32,000 bases of DNA from Candidatus Scalindua sp. (GTDB lineage Bacteria; Planctomycetota; Brocadiia; Brocadiales; Scalinduaceae). The stretch covers positions 2,370,001 through 2,402,000 of the forward strand of contig JALDRA010000001.1 in NCBI GenBank assembly GCA_031316235.1, written 5' to 3'. Positions 23,986-32,000 of this stretch are shown here, one piece after another (the first letter of the stretch is position 1; each line of letters begins with the position of its first letter). Both the position numbers and the translations under genes were made by a program. The notes under the pieces are model-generated. The model ran no database searches. It was not told the origin of the DNA and worked only from the letters and a program-made list of their open reading frames with translations.

Positions 23986-26073
23986 ATGACCGATTATATT
24001 GTTACTGTTAAACAGGTCCCTGACATAACGCAAATAACAGGTAACGCTTTCAATCCTGAGACCGGCACCTTGAAACGGGGTATGTTGCCAAGCGTTATAA
24101 ACAAGCTTGATGCAGATGCACTGGCATTTGCTGACAAAATGAGAAAACTGTCACCTGGTAAGATTATCTGCCTCACCATGGGGCCGCCCATGTCGAGAGA
24201 AGTTCTGGTTTATTCGTTGAGCCGCGGCGCTGACTCTGCTGTGCTCCTGACAGATAGAGCATTAGGGGGTGCGGATACCCCCGCGACAGCCAACCCTTTG
24301 GCATACGCTATAAAGAAGATAGCGGAAAATATGTTCAATGGAAGCGATGATTATATGGTAATATCAGGTATGCAGTCGGTTGATGGAGACACGGCTCAGG
24401 TACCCGCACAAATAGCGGAGGAGCTGCAGATACCCTGTATAGCGTACGCAACAGAGGTTGAATTTGTTGACGGTAAGTTCCAGATTGAGAAAATTGTTGC
24501 CGGTGGCAACCAGTGGGTAAGCCCCAAACAGCTGCCCTGTGTGATAACCGTTGCTAATTGCGAATACCCGTTATTTGCGTCATTCCAGCACTCACGATGG
24601 GCAAACAAATCTGCCATTACAAACTGGTCCATGGAGGACATAAAGCCTACGTTATTCGGGTATGATGGTTCCAAAACGCGGGTTACGAGAGTTTTTCCTC
24701 CACCCAAGAGCTCAAGAAAAAACAGAGAGGTTGATACGATTGATGAGTTTGTTACCGAATTGTTGGCTGATTATAAAAAAGGAAATTCTGGCAGCTCTTC
24801 TCAATCGGAAGAGGTAGATTACAGAGTTCCTTCTCAAAGAGAAGGGGGAACATTTCAACGTACGTATGAAAGTACTGAGAAGGAATGTAAGGTGTTTGAA
24901 CAGGTTGCGCAATTCCTTTCCTCTTCCGGAATCACTCAGGTAGAGCAGCTAGATGAGTCCCTTGTTGAAAGGGTACACGAACATCTCCAGAAGAAACTGA
25001 CAAAAAAGACGATAGGGGAAATGTTTGAAGGATATAAGACTACAGAGCCTAGTTATACAGGGGATGTCTGGGTAGTTGCAGAGCATGATGGTCAAAAGAT
25101 GAATGATGTCACCTTTGAACTCCTTGGGAAAGCTTCTCATCTGGCGAAATTATTGGGTCTAAGGGTTGGTACGGTGCTTGTGGGGTATAAATGCCGGCAG
25201 ATGGCAGATGAACTTGTTGCTGCGGGTGCAGACGACGTCTATATCATTGAGGATGAATTACTGGAAGATTTCAGGCCTGTTTCCTATCGAAAAACAGTCG
25301 TTGATGTGATAAGGAGATACGACCCTCAAATTGTTCTGTTTGGCGCTACACCTCAGGGAAGAGTCCTTGCACCCATGGTTGCTTATCGGCTCGGTTGCGG
25401 ACTGACGGCTGACTGTACCGGATTGGATATTCGGGACATTACAAAATGGGGAGCGGTTGGAATATTGATGCAGACCCGCCCAGCGCTGGGTGGTAATATA
25501 ATGGCTACCATTATTACAAAGGATTCGAAAATACAAATGGCTACAGCCAGGCCTGGAGTAATGAAGAGGATCCAGACTGACTCTTCAAGAAAAGGAAATA
25601 TCGTAGAGCACAGTGTAGATCTGGATGATTCTGACATTGAGTATGACATTATCAGTACTGAATTGGGAAGTGAAAGCACAAATCTAGCTACCGCAGATGT
25701 AGTTGTATCAGGGGGCAGGGGGCTCAGGAACAGAGATAATTTTGATAAGATTGTGAGTGATCTGGCCGAAGTGATAGGGGAAAAACTTAACTGTCAGGTT
25801 GAACGCGGGGCATCGAGAGCCGCTGTTGAACAAGGTTTTGTCGGACGTCCCCACCAGGTTGGACAAACAGGGACTGCTGTCAGTCCTAAACTCTATATTG
25901 CACTTGGGATTTCCGGTGCTATCCAGCACTTGATCGGAATTGAAAACGCTGGAATAATTGTAGCCGTCAATTCTGACCCGCAGGCGCCTATATTCAAGCA
26001 TTCAGATTATTACATTGTTGGAAATGCGGAAGAGATTGTACCACAGATCACTGAAGCGTTAAGAGACCGATAA
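23986..26073 (+). CDS. Fused electron-transfer flavoprotein, EtfB-linker-EtfA in one polypeptide
   Basis: The N-terminal part is EtfB-like (IVTVKQVPD, ADSAVLLTDRALGGADT, MVISGMQSVDGDTAQVPAQIAEELQIP). The C-terminal part is EtfA-like (VVVSGGRGL, ERGASRAAVEQGFVGRPHQVGQTGTAVSPKLYIALGISGAIQHLIG, IVAVNSDPQAPIF). The listed TTG 23974 was replaced by ATG 23986. Confidence 0.88.
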   Translation: MTDYIVTVKQVPDITQITGNAFNPETGTLKRGMLPSVINKLDADALAFADKMRKLSPGKIICLTMGPPMSREVLVYSLSRGADSAVLLTDRALGGADTPATANPLAYAIKKIAENMFNGSDDYMVISGMQSVDGDTAQVPAQIAEELQIPCIAYATEVEFVDGKFQIEKIVAGGNQWVSPKQLPCVITVANCEYPLFASFQHSRWANKSAITNWSMEDIKPTLFGYDGSKTRVTRVFPPPKSSRKNREVDTIDEFVTELLADYKKGNSGSSSQSEEVDYRVPSQREGGTFQRTYESTEKECKVFEQVAQFLSSSGITQVEQLDESLVERVHEHLQKKLTKKTIGEMFEGYKTTEPSYTGDVWVVAEHDGQKMNDVTFELLGKASHLAKLLGLRVGTVLVGYKCRQMADELVAAGADDVYIIEDELLEDFRPVSYRKTVVDVIRRYDPQIVLFGATPQGRVLAPMVAYRLGCGLTADCTGLDIRDITKWGAVGILMQTRPALGGNIMATIITKDSKIQMATARPGVMKRIQTDSSRKGNIVEHSVDLDDSDIEYDIISTELGSESTNLATADVVVSGGRGLRNRDNFDKIVSDLAEVIGEKLNCQVERGASRAAVEQGFVGRPHQVGQTGTAVSPKLYIALGISGAIQHLIGIENAGIIVAVNSDPQAPIFKHSDYYIVGNAEEIVPQITEALRDR

Positions 26074-26112
26074 ACAGACGATTGAAGAATTTTACATAAT
26101 ACAGAAATAGTT

Positions 26113-27807
26113 ATGGCGGGAAAAGAAAAAGCGTATACACACATTTCTCTCTTGGTTGTTGGAGCCGGGCCAGCCGGCCTTGCCGCGGCAATTGCTGCAA
26201 AAAGTGCGGACAAAGAGATAGATATAGCCGTTCTGGAAAAAGGGGAGGCTTTAGGGAATCACAATCTGTCGGGTGCTGTTCTGGAAACCGGTTCCTTAAA
26301 GCGTCTGCTCGATGATGCCATGCCTGATTGGCTGACTATAAAAGGTGCTGATACCATCCTCGAAAGGGTTGTCGAAGAAGACGACATACTATTTTTTCCC
26401 GGGAAACAGCTTGCTGTTAATATATCTCCGCTCATTACGATTGGGAAAAAATTAGGACTCTCCCTTGGTCAGATGTCTAATGAGGGAAGTTCCATTGTCT
26501 CGATAAGCCGGCTGACCAGGCTCCTTGGTGAAATTGCCGTGTCATTGGGTATAGAGATTTATACAGGCTTTGGTGTGAAGGAGATCTTATATGATCGGGA
26601 CAGGAAGAAAGTTCATGGTGTTAAACTTGTTGATCAGGGGCTCGACAAAGAGGGGCATCCACAACCCAACTACATCAAGGGTGAAACGATTACGGCAGAT
26701 GTTATAATCCTTGCTGAAGGAACTGATGGGCTTGTTACTGAGGATCTTGTTACAAAGACAGGTCTTAAACGTAAGAACAATCAGGTGTTTTCGGTTGGTG
26801 TTAAAGAAATCATCAGGGTAAGTAAAAAGCAGTATGAACTGTTTGGTGAAAAGCGGGTAGTTCATACGATGGGGTATCCGTTATGGTCGCCAATATTCGG
26901 ACCAGCGATCTTTGGAGGCGGATTCGCGTACAGCAGTGGTGATAACGAAATTGCTGTCGGCATCATTGCCGGAGCTGACTGGAAGTATTATAACTTTAAT
27001 CCGCAGAAGGCACTCGATGCTTTTAAACGGCACACTTTTATCCGACAGTTCGTCGATGGGGGAGAAGTTATTGAAGCGGGTGTAAAGATGATACCCGAAG
27101 GTGGATACTACGCTGTGCCTCGTAACATGCAGCCAGGTACGAGTGGAAGGATACCTGGCACGGTAGGCTACGAAAACGTATTGATAATTGGTGACAGTGC
27201 GGGTTTTGTAAACATGAATAAGATAAAGGGACTCCACAATGCCATAGAGTCAGGATCTCTTGCAGGCAAAGCGGCAAGTCAGTGTATGAAAAACCCGGAA
27301 AAGGCTGCCCAGGTCTATACTGATATGTTGGAACACAATCCGGTAATGGATGAGATGAGGTCTGCGAAAAACCTCCGTGCAGTGATCGCAAGATTCGGAC
27401 AGGCAATCGGTTATCCCTTATCGATCGTGGGCAACTATCTTCCCAGGTTCTCCATGGAAGAAGATTATAAAGCCATGACCTCCGATGAGTTTACATTTGA
27501 TACTCCCGGGGAATATGACAAGTCGACTTTTGTCTCATTCGCAGGCACCCAGCACAGAGAAGAACAGCCTTCGCATCTGAGCATTCTGGAACCCTCTCTT
27601 TGTATCGACAAGTGCGATCCTGCTTTTCAACGGGCATGCATAACATTTTGTCCTGCTGGCGTATATGAGAAGATCGGTATTAATACCCATCCAGCCAACC
27701 CTTCAAACTGTGTTCACTGCAAAACATGTCAGAGGAAGTGTCCATTTGACAATATCAGGTGGACGGTACCTGAAGGAAACGGCGGCCCCAAATATAAACA
27801 GATGTAA
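26113..27807 (+). CDS. Electron-transfer flavoprotein:quinone oxidoreductase (ETF-QO, FixC/FixX-type fusion)
   Basis: FAD fold LLVVGAGPAGLAAAI and IIGDSAGFVN. C-terminal ferredoxin-like CITFCPAGVYE...CVHCKTCQRKCPFDNIRW. The gene starts 39 nt after the etf fusion gene. Confidence 0.88.
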   Translation: MAGKEKAYTHISLLVVGAGPAGLAAAIAAKSADKEIDIAVLEKGEALGNHNLSGAVLETGSLKRLLDDAMPDWLTIKGADTILERVVEEDDILFFPGKQLAVNISPLITIGKKLGLSLGQMSNEGSSIVSISRLTRLLGEIAVSLGIEIYTGFGVKEILYDRDRKKVHGVKLVDQGLDKEGHPQPNYIKGETITADVIILAEGTDGLVTEDLVTKTGLKRKNNQVFSVGVKEIIRVSKKQYELFGEKRVVHTMGYPLWSPIFGPAIFGGGFAYSSGDNEIAVGIIAGADWKYYNFNPQKALDAFKRHTFIRQFVDGGEVIEAGVKMIPEGGYYAVPRNMQPGTSGRIPGTVGYENVLIIGDSAGFVNMNKIKGLHNAIESGSLAGKAASQCMKNPEKAAQVYTDMLEHNPVMDEMRSAKNLRAVIARFGQAIGYPLSIVGNYLPRFSMEEDYKAMTSDEFTFDTPGEYDKSTFVSFAGTQHREEQPSHLSILEPSLCIDKCDPAFQRACITFCPAGVYEKIGINTHPANPSNCVHCKTCQRKCPFDNIRWTVPEGNGGPKYKQM

Positions 27808-28063
27808 CCCGTCCAAGGCATTCTTTCAGAAAATCCCATTTGACAGGAGAATTTGTGAAGCCGGAATTGCTCAATGCAGCCAGGGGACAAAAAGAGAACC
27901 AGGCTGAAACATTTAGGCTTTGAAAAGGTAGAGGACCAGTACCTGAAGATGCCGCTGTATACAGGCATGCGAAATCCACATTTCCCCAACTTCTTATGAG
28001 TGAATCAAAAATTCATGAATTCGCACTCAAACCTGAACGGATTGATCATTTCCTTATCATGAT

Positions 28064-28100
28064 CATGATTCTATTCTGTGAGATAGAATCATGTTTTATG
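28064..28100 (+). terminator. Possible intrinsic terminator
   Basis: CATGATTCTAT-tctgtgag-ATAGAATCATG followed by TTTTAT. The stem is AT-rich and lies about 255 nt past the ETF-QO stop, so this is weak. Confidence 0.3.
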
Positions 28101-28428
28101 CGCAGATACATAAACAGGCAGCAAACCACAATGGTATCAGCCCTCAGTGAGTAACCGCGTAGATTTAATATCCGGCTTTTACCCTTCCTTATGGTAAACC
28201 GGAGAAACTTGAATGAAAGAGATGAGCTGCAAAAAAATAGAGATTAGTTGCAATCAGCAAAGATCACCTTGACATTATCCTGGTTTTATGATAGCGTTCC
28301 TCGTATGGTGCACTGTGTGGAATTTATGAAGATATTTTGCGATTATCTGTAGAATAAATGAGCGTTGTGAGAAGTGCATATTATCTTAGTTTTAGTCTTG
28401 AGTTCAATTCTGGAGAAAAGGAGAAAAA

Positions 28429-28848
28429 ATGGCGGTAAAGACAAAAAAAAGCAGTGGGAAAAAAATATATACCTGTAAAACATGCGGAAAGATTGCAATA
28501 CAGAAAGGCCATCTCTGTACTCCAGTCGCACAAGAGAAGGCAGTTGTTTGTGAATTTTGCGGAGCAAAAGAAATAGGCGAAAGACATGTGTGTGCACCGA
28601 TGACACTTCAATTTAAATATTTTTGTGGAACATGTGGCAGGCCTGCAGTAAGTAAGAGCAACGTATGCATGCCAAAGGTAATACCACAGGGGAAATCAGA
28701 CGCAGCCACCAGAAAGAGTGCGGCAACGAAAACTGCCACCAGGAAAGCTGTTACTAAGAAACCTGCAGGCAGAAAGAGTGCTGCGGTAAAAACAGCCGCG
28801 AAAAAGAGTGTGAGCAGAAAAACGACAAGTGCGAAAAAAAAGAGTTAA
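28429..28848 (+). CDS. Small protein: three tandem C-x2-C-x8-(H/N)-x-C modules plus a Lys/Ala/Thr-rich histone-H1-like tail
   Basis: AAGGAG lies upstream of the ATG. The modules are at C16/C19/H28/C30, C41/C44/H53/C55 and C66/C69/N78/C80, with an exact 25-aa period. The tail is TRKSAATKTATRKAVTKKPAGRKSAAVKTAAKKSVSRKTTSAKKKS. Confidence 0.75.
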   Translation: MAVKTKKSSGKKIYTCKTCGKIAIQKGHLCTPVAQEKAVVCEFCGAKEIGERHVCAPMTLQFKYFCGTCGRPAVSKSNVCMPKVIPQGKSDAATRKSAATKTATRKAVTKKPAGRKSAAVKTAAKKSVSRKTTSAKKKS

Positions 28849-29048
28849 ACAGTATAAAATAACACCGCTCTTTTGATAAGCCGGAAGGGACCTCATTCTT
28901 GCTTACTACCACATTGGGTATCTCTTCATAACCTATTGTCCAAATCTGCTGCAAATTCAAGCACGTGATGCATTACTGATGCCGCACGGTTTTGCGTCCG
29001 GGATTCCGGAGCTGTACCACTTTTGTTGAAATAACCAGATTGGTACCA

Positions 29049-29183
29049 AATGAAAAGAAGGGTCTTATCGTCGTTATCACCGGTAATGGGAAAGGAAAAA
29101 CCACTGCTGCACCTGAAATTGTTGTTACAGCATGCGGACATGATATGAGTGTCTGTTTTTGTATAAAGGCAACAAGTCAGGGA
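29049..29183 (+). pseudogene. 5' remnant of a cob(I)yrinic acid a,c-diamide adenosyltransferase (CobO/BtuR-type) gene
   Basis: [41 protein letters not shown] compares with BtuR [39 protein letters not shown]. The nearby ATG (29050) is out of frame by one base in an A-run. Homology stops where the convergent GDH gene ends (29177). Confidence 0.5.
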
Positions 29184-30415
29184 AACAGGCCTCTGGCTTT
29201 CTGTGCCTCTGATACGCGGCCGATACCGAGCATCCATGCAGTAGTCCGCATATCGATTTTCCTTTCTCGAGACAACAGCAGTACCCTGTTAAATACGTCT
29301 GCCATTATGTTTTTTAGGCGCTCAAGAACTTCGCGTTCTGTCCAGAAGTAGAATTGAAGGGCTTGTACCCATTCAAAATATGAGATGATCACACCCCCAG
29401 AATTTGCGAGTATATCCGGAATCAGGAGCACACCACGGCTGTCGAGAATCTCATCTGCTTCAGGCGTAGTTGGCCCGTTAGCACCTTCAACAATTATACT
29501 TGCCTTGATACCGGCTGCATTGGATTTGGTGATTTGCCCTTCTATCGCAGCAGGTATCAGCACATCGCAGTCAAGAGTAAGAAGTTCTTCATTTGTTATG
29601 TTATCAACATCAGGAAATCCGGAGATTGTCTGATGTTCCGCGGCATAGAGTAATAAATTTTTAATATTAATGCCATTCTGGTTAAAGATCCCGCCCTTGC
29701 TGTTACTTACCGCAACAACCTTGCACCCTTTTTCGGAAAGCAGCCTTGCAGCGGTAGAAGCTACATTTCCAAATCCCTGGATAGCAATTCTGAGCCCTTT
29801 CAGCCTTTTTCCAATAGCTTTTGCAGACTCTTCCACTATATAATACACTCCTCTTCCGGTACCTTCCTCTCGACCCAAAGAGCCTCCCAATACCAATGGT
29901 TTGCCCGTAACTACTCCCAGTACAGTGCTTCCTTTCTGCATGCTATAGGTATCCATCATCCATGCCATAGTCTGCATATTGGTATTCATATCAGGGGCAG
30001 GTATATCCTGTTGCGGGCCAATAGCCCAGATAATTTCTGTCGTAAACCTCCTGGTAAGACTCTCTATCTCCTTTTCCGACATCTCTTTCGGATTACAGCA
30101 TACACCGCCCTTGGCTCCACCGTACGGCAGCTGCATCAATCCACATTTCCAGCTCATCAACATCGCCAGGGCGCTTACCTCTTCAAGGGTCACGTTCGGA
30201 TGATAACGGATACCGCCCTTTGATGGCCCCAGGGTAACATCATGCTGCACCCGGTAACCCATAAACACCTTGTTTTTTCCCGTATCCATTTTAGTGGGAA
30301 TAGATACAATGAGTGAGCGTTTAGGATATCGTAATCTCTCTCGAATTGCATCATCCAGCTCAAGCTTATCAGCAACGAGGTCATATTGTTTTAAAACCGA
30401 CAGTAAAAAAGACAT
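29177..30415 (-). CDS. Glutamate dehydrogenase, compact bacterial/archaeal type (no antenna)
   Basis: 412 aa. KGGIRYHPNVTLEEVSALAMLMSWKCGLMQLPYGGAKGG, DIPAPDMNTN, IAIQGFGNVAS, IIVEGANGPTTPEA, NSGGVIISYFEWVQ. Confidence 0.92.
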   Translation of the reverse strand: MSFLLSVLKQYDLVADKLELDDAIRERLRYPKRSLIVSIPTKMDTGKNKVFMGYRVQHDVTLGPSKGGIRYHPNVTLEEVSALAMLMSWKCGLMQLPYGGAKGGVCCNPKEMSEKEIESLTRRFTTEIIWAIGPQQDIPAPDMNTNMQTMAWMMDTYSMQKGSTVLGVVTGKPLVLGGSLGREEGTGRGVYYIVEESAKAIGKRLKGLRIAIQGFGNVASTAARLLSEKGCKVVAVSNSKGGIFNQNGINIKNLLLYAAEHQTISGFPDVDNITNEELLTLDCDVLIPAAIEGQITKSNAAGIKASIIVEGANGPTTPEADEILDSRGVLLIPDILANSGGVIISYFEWVQALQFYFWTEREVLERLKNIMADVFNRVLLLSRERKIDMRTTAWMLGIGRVSEAQKARGLFP

Positions 30416-30644
30416 AATTGCAGCAGTTCTCCACTTTTTACAGGTGAGAGATACGCAGCTCCCTGGTCTTTTAAAAAAAGAGGACGGGAGCTGGAGGGTT
30501 TCGAAGTATTTGTAATCGTACCTTTATAGAGTGTTTTTTACTGATAATCAATATTTTTTCTCACGGTTTTCCATAGATTTGCCTTCAATCAGGAGATAGA
30601 GCTCTCTTTTCAGAGAAACTGAAATTTTATCAAGCAGGAGAGTT

Positions 30645-31091
30645 TCATAATGTTGATTTGAAATCCTCAAAAGCATCTATCAGCGTTTTCAGCGATGAAA
30701 ACATCTCTTTTGTCCCGTTACCCTCAACTTTCTCCTTAACGGCCTCAAAGTATTTGTCTTTAAACTCCTCGATATCCTTTGTTAACTTCTTTCCCTTGTT
30801 GGTTAGTTTCACCACTACTACGCGCCTGTCGCATGTATCGCCCCCTCTTTCGACGAGCTCATCTTTAATGAGATTATCAACTATGCGTGTCATAGTGCTC
30901 GAAGTCAGAAACATCTGCTCGCTTAACTCACTCATCTTCAGACTCTTTTTATCTTTTAACGTGCTGAGTGTCTGCGCCCTTGTTGAAGATATGCAGAATT
31001 TGGTTTCCATCTCCTTATCAAGCATGTTTATACTGCTCAAGAGGCCTTTCATCAGATATCTAAATCCCTCACTATTGAAATTGCTTTTCAT
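30645..31091 (-). CDS. MarR-family transcriptional regulator
   Basis: wHTH segment LKMSELSEQMFLTSSTMTRIVDNLIKDELVERGGDTCDRRVVVVKLTNKGKKL. The listed ORF extends to 31256, but the ATG at 31091 has AAAGGAAC upstream, and the extension is low-complexity sequence over the promoter region. Confidence 0.85.
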   Translation of the reverse strand: MKSNFNSEGFRYLMKGLLSSINMLDKEMETKFCISSTRAQTLSTLKDKKSLKMSELSEQMFLTSSTMTRIVDNLIKDELVERGGDTCDRRVVVVKLTNKGKKLTKDIEEFKDKYFEAVKEKVEGNGTKEMFSSLKTLIDAFEDFKSTL

Positions 31092-31130
31092 TGTAGTTCC
31101 TTTCAAAGGGCAAATTTTGTATGTTTCCCA

Positions 31131-31147
31131 ATTTGTATATAACAAAT
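31131..31147. promoter_or_regulatory. Candidate MarR operator palindrome
   Basis: ATTTGT-atata-ACAAAT lies 40-56 nt upstream of the marR ATG, in the divergent intergenic region shared with the M32 peptidase gene. A related half-site, ATTTTGTAT, is at 31113-31121. Confidence 0.35.
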
Positions 31148-31374
31148 ATAATCTGAGTTTTGTTCCACTGTAATTTCCTTTGTATTGTGTAGATAACGTA
31201 AAAACGGCTGCTCTCCAGAGACAAAGGAAAGCATTAGTACTTGAAAAAAATGGCACAAAGAAATAAAATACATACTATTACGAGCTTTCACTATGTCAAC
31301 TGCTGCCTGCGGGAGGAATATTTCAAAAAAGAACAGAGAACTATCCGCCTCACTCTCTGCAACGGGAGGATAGA

Positions 31375-31416
31375 ATGACAGGAGATCACTTTTATTTATC
31401 AATTTTTATGATTTGA
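31375..31416 (+). CDS. 13-codon upstream ORF ending 2 nt before the carboxypeptidase ATG
   Basis: GGGAGGA lies 4 nt upstream of ATG 31375. The peptide is MTGDHFYLSIFMI. The TGA at 31414-31416 is followed by ATG 31419, which has no SD of its own. Confidence 0.3.
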   Translation: MTGDHFYLSIFMI

Positions 31417-31418
31417 CT

Positions 31419-32000
31419 ATGACTATTATGGGTAATTATGAAAGGCTTTTAGAAACATATAAGAAATCAACAATTCTTGAATCTATTGCCGAGGTTCTCC
31501 AATGGGACCAGGAAGTGATGATGCCGGAGGGCGCTTTGCCGGTACGGGCACAGCAGAGCTCTGCTCTGGCAGCACTGGAACACGACATCCTGACATCTGA
31601 TGAGATGAACGTCCAGCTTGTATCAGTAGAACAGGAAAATCTGGATCTTGACCAGGCTGCAAATGTGCGGGAGATTAAGAGAAATTTTGAACGTGCCAGG
31701 AAAGTTCCGAATGCATTAGTTCAGGAATTACGCGAAACCGCAATAACGGGTGTCGAATCCTGGAAAGCAGCTCGGAAGGGGAACGATTTCAAGATATTTT
31801 TACCCTCTCTCAGGAATGTTTTCGCCTTATCAAGAAAAGTTGCGGAATGGATAGACCCAGACAAACATCCGTATGAAGTTCTCCTTGAAAGTTACGAGCA
31901 GGATATGTCTATAGAGGAGATTAAAAGTCATCTCAATACAATAAAAGAGCATTTTGTCCCTCTTATTGCCGGGATTAAGGGCCAGGAAATAGACGATTCC
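31419..32000 (+). CDS. M32 (Taq-type) metallocarboxypeptidase, 3' end outside window
   Basis: MTIMGNYERLLETYKKSTILESIAEVLQWDQEVMMPEGALPVRAQQSSALAAL..VREIKRNFERARKVP..ELRE...SWKAARKGNDF parallels the N-terminus of Thermus carboxypeptidase Taq (LLEF...LGALAAWDQRTMIPKKG..RA.Q.AAL). The frame is open to the window end. Confidence 0.85.
   Translation, partial: MTIMGNYERLLETYKKSTILESIAEVLQWDQEVMMPEGALPVRAQQSSALAALEHDILTSDEMNVQLVSVEQENLDLDQAANVREIKRNFERARKVPNALVQELRETAITGVESWKAARKGNDFKIFLPSLRNVFALSRKVAEWIDPDKHPYEVLLESYEQDMSIEEIKSHLNTIKEHFVPLIAGIKGQEIDDS

Noticed and set aside
27996-28272. Small ORFs in the 620-bp gap upstream of the CCHC gene (52 aa at 27996-28154; 19 aa MKEMSCKKIEISCNQQRSP at 28213-28272)
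   Set aside because: The first has no RBS and spans the hairpin at 28064-28093. The second has a GGAG upstream but is too short to judge without conservation data.
28992-29351. 119-aa TTG-start ORF taken as an intact gene
   Set aside because: Only codons about 20-64 resemble CobO/BtuR. The remainder overlaps the well-supported GDH gene on the other strand. It is reported as a pseudogene fragment instead.
31092-31256. 55-aa N-terminal extension of the MarR ORF, and the 99-171-aa ORFs overlapping it
   Set aside because: The extension has no similarity to MarR N-termini and covers the AT-rich promoter/operator region. The internal ATG at 31091 has an RBS and gives a standard-size MarR of about 148 aa.
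1-32000. CRISPR arrays, tRNA/rRNA genes, transposases, integrases, toxin-antitoxin or classic defence genes
   Set aside because: I scanned the intergenic regions for regularly spaced direct repeats and for T-loop-like GGTTCGAATCC motifs, and scanned the ORF list for nuclease, recombinase and TA signatures. None was found.

Overview
The window reads as an AT-rich bacterial chromosomal segment with about 21 protein genes on both strands. I found no rRNA, tRNA, CRISPR array, transposase or integrase. I cannot assign a taxon from the sequence alone.

Genes in order:
- ankyrin-repeat protein (5' partial)
- DUF481 outer-membrane barrel
- giant MscK/KefA-like mechanosensitive channel
- DUF3365 c-type-haem protein followed by MgtE
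- translationally coupled pair: GshB-like ATP-grasp ligase plus a fused FGase/DUF1704 (QEGLA, MATCAP-like) hydrolase
- GLUD1-like glutamate dehydrogenase with an antenna-like insertion
- GH13_18 sugar phosphorylase
- membrane-anchored HMA metal-binding protein with a small basic ORF
- 2-hydroxyacid dehydrogenase
- secreted FN3/coiled-coil protein
- ABC exporter
- DUF1848 protein, divergent from a cluster-less MutY/Nth-like glycosylase
- fused EtfB-EtfA followed by ETF:quinone oxidoreductase
- small protein with three CCHC modules and a histone-H1-like tail
- cobO/btuR gene remnant
- second, antenna-less GDH
- MarR regulator
- 5' part of an M32 carboxypeptidase

Structure the genes do not explain:
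- A modular three-hairpin intergenic repeat of about 110-140 nt, with five copies plus terminal fragments. One copy is read in-frame as the 5' end of the MscK ORF.
- A 137-nt near-perfect hairpin abutting a stop codon.
- Several long perfect stems in oversized intergenic regions.

The best candidate for an undescribed system is the ligase/hydrolase pair at 8819-11837. It may be a bacterial counterpart of a C-terminal amino-acid ligation/removal cycle. The CCHC-H1-like protein and the repeat family come next. All family calls rest on motifs read by eye and remembered homologues, with no database search.
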